Below, piece by piece: positions 1-7,478 of a stretch of DNA of 11,524 bases. Location of the stretch: contig JAKFCT010000093.1 in NCBI GenBank assembly GCA_036676495.1, positions 1 to 11,524 on the forward strand, read 5' to 3'. Below the pieces are notes generated by a model that had not been told where the DNA came from, made no database searches, and saw only the letters and a list, made by a program, of their open reading frames with translations. The stretch comes from Candidatus Sericytochromatia bacterium. Lineage in GTDB: Bacteria; Cyanobacteriota; Sericytochromatia; S15B-MN24; UBA4093. The position numbers and the translations under genes were made by a program. The first letter of the stretch is position 1, and every line of letters begins with the position of its first letter.

Positions 1-6
1 CCTTGG

Positions 7-915
7 TTAGGGCAGGCGATGTCCCACGCGGTTGAAGGCGTCCCGGATGGGCGCATACTCGGCGGGAGAGGTGGGGGCGAAGCCCTCGATGTGGTAGATG
101 TCCATGAGGTTCTTGCGACCCTCAGGCGTACTGCTCATCTTGATCAGGGCAGATTTGACCTTGGAGACGATCCCGGGATCGAGCCCCTCGGCTACTGCGA
201 TGTTATCACTCGGAGCGGGCTTGGTGTAGGCCAAGACCCGGATCTTGGAGTGCTGCTCGGGGGGAAGGAACCCATGCCAGGAGCCCTGCTTGCCGTTGGT
301 ATCGTTGGCAAACGTCGCCCCGGCATCCACCTTTCCGTGCAGGACGGCGAGCACCGTGGCGTCATGCCCCCCGGCGTAGATCACCTGGGCGAAATCGCGC
401 TCGGGGCGCAGGCCCTCCTCGAGCAGGAGGGCCTTGGGGTAGATGGCGCCCGAGACCGAGACCGGATCGACGAAGGCGAAGGTCTTGCCCTTCAGATCCC
501 GGAGGCTCTTGATGTTCGAATCGCTGCGCGTGATGATGGCCGAGTAGAAGAAGCCCTCGCCTCCGCGAACCGCCTTGAGGATGGCCTTGGCGTTTGCCTG
601 GCGCTCGGCGAGCACGTAAGCCCCCGGAGCGAAGAAGGCCACGTCGAGCTTCTTGGCCCGCATGGCCTCGATCACGCCGGTGTAGTCGGTGGCGACGAAG
701 GGAACGACCTCCATCTTGAGCTCGCGGCTCATGGCGCTGACGATGGGCTGCGCGTTGCGCATGATGTGCTGGAGGTTCTCCGACGGCACGAAGCCCATCC
801 GCAGCACCCGAGGCTTGTAAGCCCCGACGGGCGCCTGGACGAGCGTCCAGCAAGCAACGCCGATCAGCGCGGCAAGCGCGGCGAGACGGGTCTTGCGTTG
901 GCGAGCGTTCCTCAA
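7..915 (-). CDS. phnD: Phosphate/phosphite/phosphonate ABC transporter substrate-binding protein (PhnD/PtxB family)
   Basis: Motifs LRMGFVPSE, ATDYTGVIEAMRAKKLDVA, YSAIITRSDS, DLKGKTFAFVDPVSVSG, GGHDA..AVLHGKVDAGA. Signal-like N-terminus (RQRKTR + hydrophobic stretch + VGA). Start reassigned to TTG at 915 because GGAGGAG (927..921) lies 5 nt upstream; the ORF-track start at 1071 is an over-extension. Confidence 0.9.
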   Translation of the reverse strand: MRNARQRKTRLAALAALIGVACWTLVQAPVGAYKPRVLRMGFVPSENLQHIMRNAQPIVSAMSRELKMEVVPFVATDYTGVIEAMRAKKLDVAFFAPGAYVLAERQANAKAILKAVRGGEGFFYSAIITRSDSNIKSLRDLKGKTFAFVDPVSVSGAIYPKALLLEEGLRPERDFAQVIYAGGHDATVLAVLHGKVDAGATFANDTNGKQGSWHGFLPPEQHSKIRVLAYTKPAPSDNIAVAEGLDPGIVSKVKSALIKMSSTPEGRKNLMDIYHIEGFAPTSPAEYAPIRDAFNRVGHRLP

Positions 916-989
916 GGGATCTCCTCCATGGGCTGCGGACGAACCCAGCGTCGAGCCAAAACAGGGGGATCCCCCCCATGGTCGTTTCC

Positions 990-995
990 AGTATA
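990..995 (-). promoter_or_regulatory. Possible sigma70 -10 element (TATACT) for phnD
   Basis: TATACT on the minus strand about 75 nt upstream of the TTG start; no well-spaced -35 seen. Confidence 0.35.
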
Positions 996-1143
996 CCCGA
1001 ACCCCCGGCATTGAAACAGCGCCCCGCTTGGCTTGAAGGCGACAACCCCCGCGGGGCCTGCGTCCAGCCAAGCGCCTGCACCTTGCTGGGGGCGGTTGCG
1101 GCTGAACGATCAGGGTCGCGGGGGTCGTCGTCGTTCCGGGGGC

Positions 1144-1181
1144 TCCCTCGCTACCTATCGACCAGACGACGGCACGAGGGA
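1144..1181 (-). other. 3'-UTR stem-loop after the propeptide-like gene
   Basis: Minus strand TCCCTCG-TGCC-GTCG-(TCTGGT)-CGAT-a-GGTA-g-CGAGGGA. The inner stems close with G-U pairs only on the minus strand. No U-tract follows. Confidence 0.5.
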
Positions 1182-1191
1182 AAAGGTTCCA

Positions 1192-1554
1192 CTAGAGGAG
1201 CTGCTGGTCGTCGTGAAGGTTGATGGCCCGATTGGGCTCCGCGTACTCGACCATCGGAGACTTGCTCACCTGGGCGATCACCTGGGCCAAGGACCGGCTG
1301 GAGGTGACGGCCATGACGTGCACGTTCACCCCGGGAATCACCCGCAGGGTCCGGGTCCCATGCTGCGCATGGAAGATCTGGATCGAGCTGGCGCTCACGG
1401 GCGACTTGAACTTGACCAGCAGCTCCTGCGTCGCGCCGCTGCGGGCACCGAAGGACGCCTGCTGGGAACCGGTGGCCGAGGGCAAGACCTGCCCGCAGCC
1501 CGTCAGACTATACGTGAGAACGGCCAGCATGGCCGCGAAGAACAGCTTCGACAT
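1192..1554 (-). CDS. Lipoprotein consisting of a stand-alone subtilase propeptide (I9/fervidolysin-prodomain-like) domain
   Basis: SD AAGGAGA (1567..1561); lipobox LTGC; ELLVKFK...HG...IPGVNVHVM...SPMVEYAEPNR is the typical S8 prodomain pattern; stop follows with no catalytic domain. Confidence 0.85.
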   Translation of the reverse strand: MSKLFFAAMLAVLTYSLTGCGQVLPSATGSQQASFGARSGATQELLVKFKSPVSASSIQIFHAQHGTRTLRVIPGVNVHVMAVTSSRSLAQVIAQVSKSPMVEYAEPNRAINLHDDQQLL

Positions 1555-1618
1555 GGGAATTCTCCTTATATAAACACGCCCGCCAAACGCGAGCCGTGAG
1601 AAACGCGGGACCGTCCCG

Positions 1619-1659
1619 CTTGATCAAGTTTTAAAAATTCACTAATACAATTTTAATAA
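1619..1659. promoter_or_regulatory. 11-bp-phased degenerate repeat array (candidate OmpR/PhoB-family site)
   Basis: CTTGATCA (1619), TTTAAAAA (1630), ACTAATAC (1641), TTTAATAA (1652). Confidence 0.35.
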
Positions 1660-1678
1660 ACTTTCCGCCGCTTGTCTA
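1650..1678 (-). promoter_or_regulatory. Sigma70-type promoter for the propeptide-like lipoprotein gene
   Basis: TAGACA (1678..1673)-17 nt-TAAAAT (1655..1650), in an AT-rich patch of an otherwise GC-rich window. Confidence 0.65.
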
Positions 1679-1738
1679 CTCATCAGGGAAGGATCCGTCC
1701 GCGTGTCAACTGGATGTTAGGACGCCTGCCATCCTTGC

Positions 1739-1780
1739 CCGCACGGGCGCAGAGGCCCGCGCCACTCTCTGCCTGTGCGG
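1739..1780. other. Inverted repeat/hairpin downstream of the C11 gene
   Basis: CCGCACGGGC (1739-1748) / GCCTGTGCGG (1771-1780), one G-T, with inner AGAG/CTCT; no U-tract. Confidence 0.4.
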
Positions 1781-1809
1781 ACCACCGCGCCCGCGCCACC
1801 GGCTCGTCA

Positions 1810-3138
1810 TCAGCGGCTCGCCTTCACGGCGAGCAGGAACTCGTCCCAGGAGGACTCCTTGGCCAGCCGTGTCTCGCGGTAGGCCGCGTTGAACTCCTCG
1901 TGAGGGTCGGGAAGGTAGACCGAGAGGCCGTTGGCCACGCCGCGCTCCATCTTCTTGCGCTTGGCGACCACGATGGCCTGCTCGCAGGCCTCCTGAAGCG
2001 AAGCCGCCGCCCGGCGGATCTCCGGGTCCGCGACCCGGTCTCGAAGGTTCTGACAGAAGCGGATCAGGTCCCGGTGGCTGCTCTGGCCCTTGTCCTTGCG
2101 AAGCACGGGCACGCCGTCGTAAGCCGCGAGGATCTCCCGGCGGTTGGGTCCCAGGCGCTCGAGCAAGAGGTTCGAGAGGACGTTCATCTGTCGCTTGACG
2201 TCGGCGATCCGGCCGAGGTCGATGGCGGCCATGGTGTAGGCTCCCGAGGCCGGCACGTCCGGGCGGGCATCCTCGACGAGCTGGCGGGCGACTTCGCGGG
2301 CATCCGCCTTCTGCCAATCCGAGCGGGCGCTGAGCTTCCCGAACGTCCCCGCGTACGGCAGGACCCGGCCTCCCATGATCAGGTCTTCGCTGGCCACCAT
2401 CATCTTGGCGGCGTCGCGGAACTCGTAGGCCACCTCCACCGTGGACATCAGGCAGGCCAGGAGGTTCAGGACGTCGAGCTGCCGGCCCTTCAGGCCTTGC
2501 CGGACGGCGGTCCCGAAGGCATGCAGCGGCATCTGGGCGTACTGGGAGGTGAAATCGACGCACATGCCCTGGTAGCCCGAGCCATGGCTCGACACGTCGA
2601 GCACCTTGAAGCGGCCGGGGTATTCCCGGAAGCCCCAACCCACGAAGCGCTCCAGCGTTGCCGGATCGGCCGAATTCAACTCTCTACCGGGCATGCCCAG
2701 GGGCGTTCCGGCGTGGAGCCAGGGGCTGGCGAGGGTTTTCTCGGTGTCTTGAACCATGTAGTGAAGGCGGGTATCGTCCTGCCCGTCGGCGTCCGAGAAG
2801 ACCAGGAGGTTGGCGTAGGCCGAGGAGCCGGCCTCTTCCAGGTCGTTGAGGTGCTTGCCCAGGTCTCCGGCGAGATCGTTGTCCATGGCGCGGTAGGAAA
2901 GGACCGTGGCCATCTTCTCGCGGGGGATCCGCGGGAGCTGGCGGACGTGAGCGCCTTCGGGGGTGCGGGCAATCGTTTGCCGGGCGATCTCCTGGAGGAC
3001 GCCCGGAAGATCCGCCAGCGCGTGGAAGGCATCCGGGCCGGAAGCCGGCATGACCGGAGCCATGCCGCCGCAGCCTGCCAGCAGGCTTGCCGCCAGGAAC
3101 GCGGAAACGATTCGACTCCCTCGCTGCTTCATGACCAT
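1810..3138 (-). CDS. Clostripain-family (C11) cysteine peptidase, lipoprotein
   Basis: Lipobox LAGC; DNDL; NSADPATLERFVGWGFREYP; catalytic His in SSHGSG; catalytic Cys in ACLMSTVEVAYE; VASED; C-terminal NGLSVYLP...WDEFL. Start may be ATG 3138 or 3132. Confidence 0.9.
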   Translation of the reverse strand: MVMKQRGSRIVSAFLAASLLAGCGGMAPVMPASGPDAFHALADLPGVLQEIARQTIARTPEGAHVRQLPRIPREKMATVLSYRAMDNDLAGDLGKHLNDLEEAGSSAYANLLVFSDADGQDDTRLHYMVQDTEKTLASPWLHAGTPLGMPGRELNSADPATLERFVGWGFREYPGRFKVLDVSSHGSGYQGMCVDFTSQYAQMPLHAFGTAVRQGLKGRQLDVLNLLACLMSTVEVAYEFRDAAKMMVASEDLIMGGRVLPYAGTFGKLSARSDWQKADAREVARQLVEDARPDVPASGAYTMAAIDLGRIADVKRQMNVLSNLLLERLGPNRREILAAYDGVPVLRKDKGQSSHRDLIRFCQNLRDRVADPEIRRAAASLQEACEQAIVVAKRKKMERGVANGLSVYLPDPHEEFNAAYRETRLAKESSWDEFLLAVKASR

Positions 3139-3177
3139 GCAACGGTTATCCCGTTTCCGGGCAGCATGCTTGAGCGG

Positions 3178-3251
3178 TTTAAATGCAGCTTATACGCAAC
3201 TTAACCGAAGCATAAGGAGGTAAAGCCGGCATGCTAACCGAAACTTAAAGC
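3178..3251. promoter_or_regulatory. 11-bp-phased YTTAA-type repeat array (Pho-box-like) in the divergent C11/PLD promoter region
   Basis: TTTAAATG (3178), CTTATACG (3189), CTTAACCG (3200), CATAAGGA (3211), gap at 3222, GCTAACCG (3233), CTTAAAGC (3244); all in one 11-bp register. Confidence 0.55.
3231..3248 (+). other. Candidate 5-codon upstream ORF (MLTET*)
   Basis: TAAGGAGGT (3213-3221), 9-nt spacer, ATG CTA ACC GAA ACT TAA. Confidence 0.3.
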
Positions 3252-3329
3252 CTTCTTGGGCAAGCCATGGGGACTTCGTCGCAATAACTCCGTTAACAGG
3301 CCGTATGGCCGCCTCATGGAGGAAGTCGG

Positions 3330-4823
3330 ATGCGCGTCAATCATGCACTCGTTCTCACGCTGGCCCTTTCCCTGCTGACCGGTTGCGGGGCGGCTCCCCA
3401 GTCTGCCAATCGCTCCCTGATGGGCATGGACCAGGAGGAGTGGCGTTCGCTTTCGAGCAGCACGAGCCTGGAAAGCCTTTCCGAGCTGGACGCCGACCGC
3501 GATCGCCGCCTGAGCGTCTCCGAATCCGGCCTCGACGCCGACGCCTTCCGGGCGATCGACCTCGACGGCAACGGCACGATTTCCAGCTCCGAACTCTTGC
3601 GCGAGGCCATGCGCCAGGCCGAGGCCTTCCAGAAGGCCGCGCCCACCACCGAGCCCGAGGCGATCCGACCTCAGCCGCCGGTAGTCACCCCCCTGAGCCT
3701 GGAGCCCCGCCCGAACCAGGCCGAACTCTATCTCGACGCCGAGCAGATCTATCCGGCCATCCTGGAGTCCATGCGGGCGGCCCAGGAGATGATCCAGATC
3801 GATTACTTCCTGCTGGGCGGGGACATCGGCAAGCAGATCGCCGAGGTCCTTTCCGAGCGCCAGAAGGCCGGAGTGAAGGTCCGGGTCATGCTCGACGGGC
3901 ATGCCGGCATCGCGGGTCCCACCCAGACGCAGGTCCGGGAAGTGATGAGCCGCATGAAGCTGGACCAGGTGCCCTTCAAGTTCTTCCCGATCAAGTTCAT
4001 GCCTCAGAACAAGGGGCTTCTCGCCAACCGCTTCCAGATCGACCACAACAAGCTGATCGTCGTCGACCGCCGCGTGGCCTGGGTCGGCTCGATGAATCTC
4101 TTCGACTTCGCCACCATGAACCACGACCTCATGGCCCGGATCGAGGGTCCTGCCGCCGCCGAGCTCTCCCGGATGATGAGCGAGGAATGGGGCGAACCGG
4201 AGAACCCGGTCCGGATCCTCCCGGTCCTGCCTCCCGCGTACAGCAGCGCGATCCGCCTCACCCAGACCGGGATCCAGCAGCGGAACACCAAGGAGATCCT
4301 GCTCGCGAACATCGCCCAGGCCCAGCGGTCGATCTCGATCGCGATGTTCGAGTGGAGCGACCTGGACGTGGTGAGGGCCTTGGGAGAGGCCAAGCGCCGG
4401 GGGGTCCAGGTCCGCGTGCTGCTCGATCGGCATGCCTCGGACGAGAAGTACATGCCCTGGCTGCGGTTCACCGAGCTCTACGGCATTCCCAACCTCTACG
4501 CCGCCAAGCACCTCCTCAAGGAAGGGATCGACCTCAAGTGGTACGACTCCCAGATGGAGATGCAGGAGCTGCACATGAAGCTGGCTCTCTTCGACGGGCA
4601 GAAGGCCATGTTCGGCTCGACCAACTACACCTACCAGGCCTTCAACAACTTCCGCGAGACGGGAGTGGAGGTGACCGGCGGGGCCATCCTCGAGCAGCTC
4701 AACACCATGTTCGAGCGGGACTGGGCCGGCCGCGGCACCCGGGCCAAGTCCCTCAACGTCAAGGAGCGGATCACCGCGGGCTTCGTCGCTTACATGGAGA
4801 AGAAGCGTATCGGCTGGTGGTAA
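3330..4823 (+). CDS. Phospholipase D superfamily (cardiolipin-synthase-like, two HKD motifs) lipoprotein with an N-terminal EF-hand pair
   Basis: SD GGAGGA (3318-3323); lipobox LTGC; EF-hand loops DADRDRRLSVSE and DLDGNGTISSSE; HNKLIVVD..GSMN and HMKLALFD..GSTN; GVKVRVMLD and GVQVRVLLD. Confidence 0.92.
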   Translation: MRVNHALVLTLALSLLTGCGAAPQSANRSLMGMDQEEWRSLSSSTSLESLSELDADRDRRLSVSESGLDADAFRAIDLDGNGTISSSELLREAMRQAEAFQKAAPTTEPEAIRPQPPVVTPLSLEPRPNQAELYLDAEQIYPAILESMRAAQEMIQIDYFLLGGDIGKQIAEVLSERQKAGVKVRVMLDGHAGIAGPTQTQVREVMSRMKLDQVPFKFFPIKFMPQNKGLLANRFQIDHNKLIVVDRRVAWVGSMNLFDFATMNHDLMARIEGPAAAELSRMMSEEWGEPENPVRILPVLPPAYSSAIRLTQTGIQQRNTKEILLANIAQAQRSISIAMFEWSDLDVVRALGEAKRRGVQVRVLLDRHASDEKYMPWLRFTELYGIPNLYAAKHLLKEGIDLKWYDSQMEMQELHMKLALFDGQKAMFGSTNYTYQAFNNFRETGVEVTGGAILEQLNTMFERDWAGRGTRAKSLNVKERITAGFVAYMEKKRIGWW

Positions 4824-4839
4824 TGGGTAGAATGGAGCC

Positions 4840-6162
4840 ATGACGCGCGTTACCGGCCGATTGGCCCTGGCTCTAGCCCTGATCATGCCGCTGAGCGGCT
4901 GCGAGCTCCTCTTGGTCTCGCCCACCCTGCCGGGCATCATGCCCTTCGTGGGGCGTCCCTTCACGGGCAAGGTCGTGGACTCGGTGACCGGCCTTCCGCT
5001 CGGCAACGCGACGGTGACGGCCGGCATCCTGGCCACGGCCAAGACGGAATCGGACGGCTCCTTCAAGCTCTACGGCAACATCGGGGGGCAGGGGATCGCG
5101 ATCGCCCGCGCCGGCTACACCTCTCTCTCCTACGTCACCAGCGGCCCCCTGGGGGACGGACAGACCTACTTCCTGCCGCCGCTCTTCCCCAGCACCGGCC
5201 TCCCTTCGGCCAAGCATGCCACCCTCCGGGGCACCGTCCACTACAACGGCGTCCCGATCACCCCCAAGGGGGGAGTGGTCTTCGCGGGGCTGGCCTCGGC
5301 CATGACCAACAGCGGCCAGTTCGACATGCCCATCCGCGAGCTCTTGCCGGGCTCGGTCCACTCCGGAGTGCTCGCCGGAGGCACGATCGTGGGCGGGCCC
5401 ATCACCCCGGAAGTCGGGCAGAGCGCCGCCGACTTCTCCTTCGACTCCTTCGGCTACCGCTTCGTGGACATCCCCTTCGCGGACAAGCCCGACCTCGCCC
5501 CGCTGCCCCTGCAGCCCCTCGAGGCCAACCATGTCCCGATCCAGGCGCTGAGCGTCAGCTACGCCAACGCCGGAGCCTTCCAGCGCGTGCAAACCGACGT
5601 CATCATGGACTTCGGGCTGATGGGCTCCGTGCCGGTCGCCCGTAACTCCCAGTCCATCAAATCCATCCCCGTCCCCTACGTCCAGGGCATCAAGTACGCC
5701 ATCGAAGGGCAAGCGAGCGACTCCACCGGCAAGCTCACGAGCAAAGTCTCCGTCACCACCAACTCCCTGGGCGCAATCAGCTTCAAGCTCCTGCAGCCGC
5801 CCGCCGTGGTCAGCCCCGCCAACGGAGGCGAGGAGGGAGGCACCCCCAACTTCGCCTGGGAGCCCGTCGCGGACGCCCAGAGCTACGCCGTCGAGGTCTT
5901 CGAGGGCACCCATGCCGCGGCCACCCTCAAGTGGAAGGGCTACACCTCCCAGACCTCCATCGCTTTCCCCACCTTCCCCGACTGGGACATGAACGGCGGC
6001 TCCCTGCTTCCCGGCATCTCCTACACCTGGACGGTCCGCGCCTACAACGCCACCGTCGAGTCGCTGGGCAAGGCCGTGACTGCACCTCCGCCCTCCAAGC
6101 CCTACCGCAGCAACGTCTTCGAATCGGCGGCCAGCGGCATGACGTTCACGAGGACCCGATGA
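4840..6162 (+). CDS. Lipoprotein with a carboxypeptidase-regulatory-like N-terminal domain and an FN3/Ig-like C-terminal domain
   Basis: SD GGAG (4834-4837); lipobox LSGC; GKVVDSVTGLPLGNATV..TESDGSF..RAGY; C-terminal PPAVVSPANG..FAWEPVADAQSYAVEV..LLPGISYTWTVRAYN; GC-ending codon bias. Confidence 0.8.
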   Translation: MTRVTGRLALALALIMPLSGCELLLVSPTLPGIMPFVGRPFTGKVVDSVTGLPLGNATVTAGILATAKTESDGSFKLYGNIGGQGIAIARAGYTSLSYVTSGPLGDGQTYFLPPLFPSTGLPSAKHATLRGTVHYNGVPITPKGGVVFAGLASAMTNSGQFDMPIRELLPGSVHSGVLAGGTIVGGPITPEVGQSAADFSFDSFGYRFVDIPFADKPDLAPLPLQPLEANHVPIQALSVSYANAGAFQRVQTDVIMDFGLMGSVPVARNSQSIKSIPVPYVQGIKYAIEGQASDSTGKLTSKVSVTTNSLGAISFKLLQPPAVVSPANGGEEGGTPNFAWEPVADAQSYAVEVFEGTHAAATLKWKGYTSQTSIAFPTFPDWDMNGGSLLPGISYTWTVRAYNATVESLGKAVTAPPPSKPYRSNVFESAASGMTFTRTR

Positions 6163-7478
6163 GCGCGCGCGTGAAACATTGGCTCGCCGGCCTGTCGTTT
6201 GCCGGTCTATGGCTGGCGGGCTGTCAGGCTCCTCCGACGATCTCCCTGCCTCCCGCGGGCTCCTACGTGGCCGGGGAGCTGATCGTCGGCCTCGACGATC
6301 CCGCGGCCGAGAGCCGCCTCAAGGAAGCCGGCACCGAGCCCCGGGCTCCCCTGGGCGACGGGCTCTGGCTGGTGGCCGTCCCGGAGGGCACGGAGACCGA
6401 CGCGCTTCGCCGCCTGGAGGCCATGCCCGGCGTTCGCTTCGCCGAGGTGAACCGGACGCTGCGGACCCAGATGGTGGGAGGCTTCCGGCCCGTGGAAGGC
6501 GCACCGGGGGGTTACCGGACGGCCGCGACCGTGACCGATCCCAAGTACCGCGCTCCTGCCGGGACCACCCTGCCCGGCCAGTGGGGACTCGACATGATCA
6601 AGGCTCCGACGGCCTGGGACACGACCCAGGGCGGGGTCACGGTGGCGGTGATCGACACCGGGGTCGATTCCACCCACGAGGACCTGGCGGGCAACCTCGA
6701 CATGGGGCGGGCGGCGAACTTCGTGGAAGCCGGCAAGGAGCCCTTCGACGACTTCGGGCACGGGACGCACGTGGCGGGGATCATCGGGGCGATCGCCAAC
6801 AACAACGTCGGCATCGCGGGAGTGGCCCCCAAGGTCACGATCATGCCCATCCGGGTGCTGGGGGTGAACGGGGGCACCACGGCGGCGCTCATCCAGGGCA
6901 TCGACCATGCCGTCGCCAAGGGGGCCAAGGTGATCAACCTGAGCCTCGGCTCGTCTCAGGCCAGCCGGGCCGAGCAGGAGGCCATCAACCGGGCGATCTC
7001 GCGCCGGGTGACCGTGGTGGCCGCCGCCGGCAACGAGGCCCTGAGCGGAAACCCCCTCAACTACCCGGCCGCCCTCACGGGAGTGATCTCGGTGGCGGCG
7101 CTGGGGCGCATCCCGGTCAACGGCCAGATGCTGCTGGCCCGGGCGGAGTACTCGTGCTTCAACCCGTACGTGACGATCGCCGCGCCGGGCTCCGACATCC
7201 TCTCCACGGTCCCGTCCCAGTTCGGCAACGCCGCCGGCAAGGGAGGCGCCTACGCCTACGCGAGCGGCACCTCCATGGCGGCTCCCATGGTCAGCGGCGT
7301 GGCCGCCCTGATCCTGACGCGCCATCCCGACTGGGCTCCCGCGCAGGTGCTGCAGGCCCTGCGGGACGCCTCGAACCCCAACGGGCTGACCCGGGTCGCC
7401 GGGGACTCCGGCTCGGGCTACGACGCCAACTTCTTCGGATCGGGGCTGATCGACGCCAGCCTCGCCGTCGCCAAGTGA
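6159..7478 (+). CDS. S8 subtilisin/thermitase-like serine peptidase, lipoprotein with its own propeptide
   Basis: ATG 6159 overlaps the upstream TGA (ATGA); lipobox LAGC; prodomain GELIV...VRFAEVNR; triad VIDTG, HGTHVAG, GTSMAAP; oxyanion AAAGN. Confidence 0.95.
   Translation: MSARVKHWLAGLSFAGLWLAGCQAPPTISLPPAGSYVAGELIVGLDDPAAESRLKEAGTEPRAPLGDGLWLVAVPEGTETDALRRLEAMPGVRFAEVNRTLRTQMVGGFRPVEGAPGGYRTAATVTDPKYRAPAGTTLPGQWGLDMIKAPTAWDTTQGGVTVAVIDTGVDSTHEDLAGNLDMGRAANFVEAGKEPFDDFGHGTHVAGIIGAIANNNVGIAGVAPKVTIMPIRVLGVNGGTTAALIQGIDHAVAKGAKVINLSLGSSQASRAEQEAINRAISRRVTVVAAAGNEALSGNPLNYPAALTGVISVAALGRIPVNGQMLLARAEYSCFNPYVTIAAPGSDILSTVPSQFGNAAGKGGAYAYASGTSMAAPMVSGVAALILTRHPDWAPAQVLQALRDASNPNGLTRVAGDSGSGYDANFFGSGLIDASLAVAK

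Noticed and set aside
916-1191. Possible frameshifted S8 catalytic domain after the stand-alone propeptide
   Set aside because: Only about 275 nt are available and no DTG, HGT or GTSM motifs are seen in the provided translations.
1661-1690. Hammerhead-like CTGATGA...GAAA on the minus strand
   Set aside because: The intervening GTAGACAAGCGGCG cannot form stem II and the C before GAAA is missing; the sequence is better explained as the -35 and spacer of a promoter.
1704-1709. Perfect TTGACA on the minus strand
   Set aside because: No acceptable -10 at 16-18 nt spacing (CTGATG/TGATGA).
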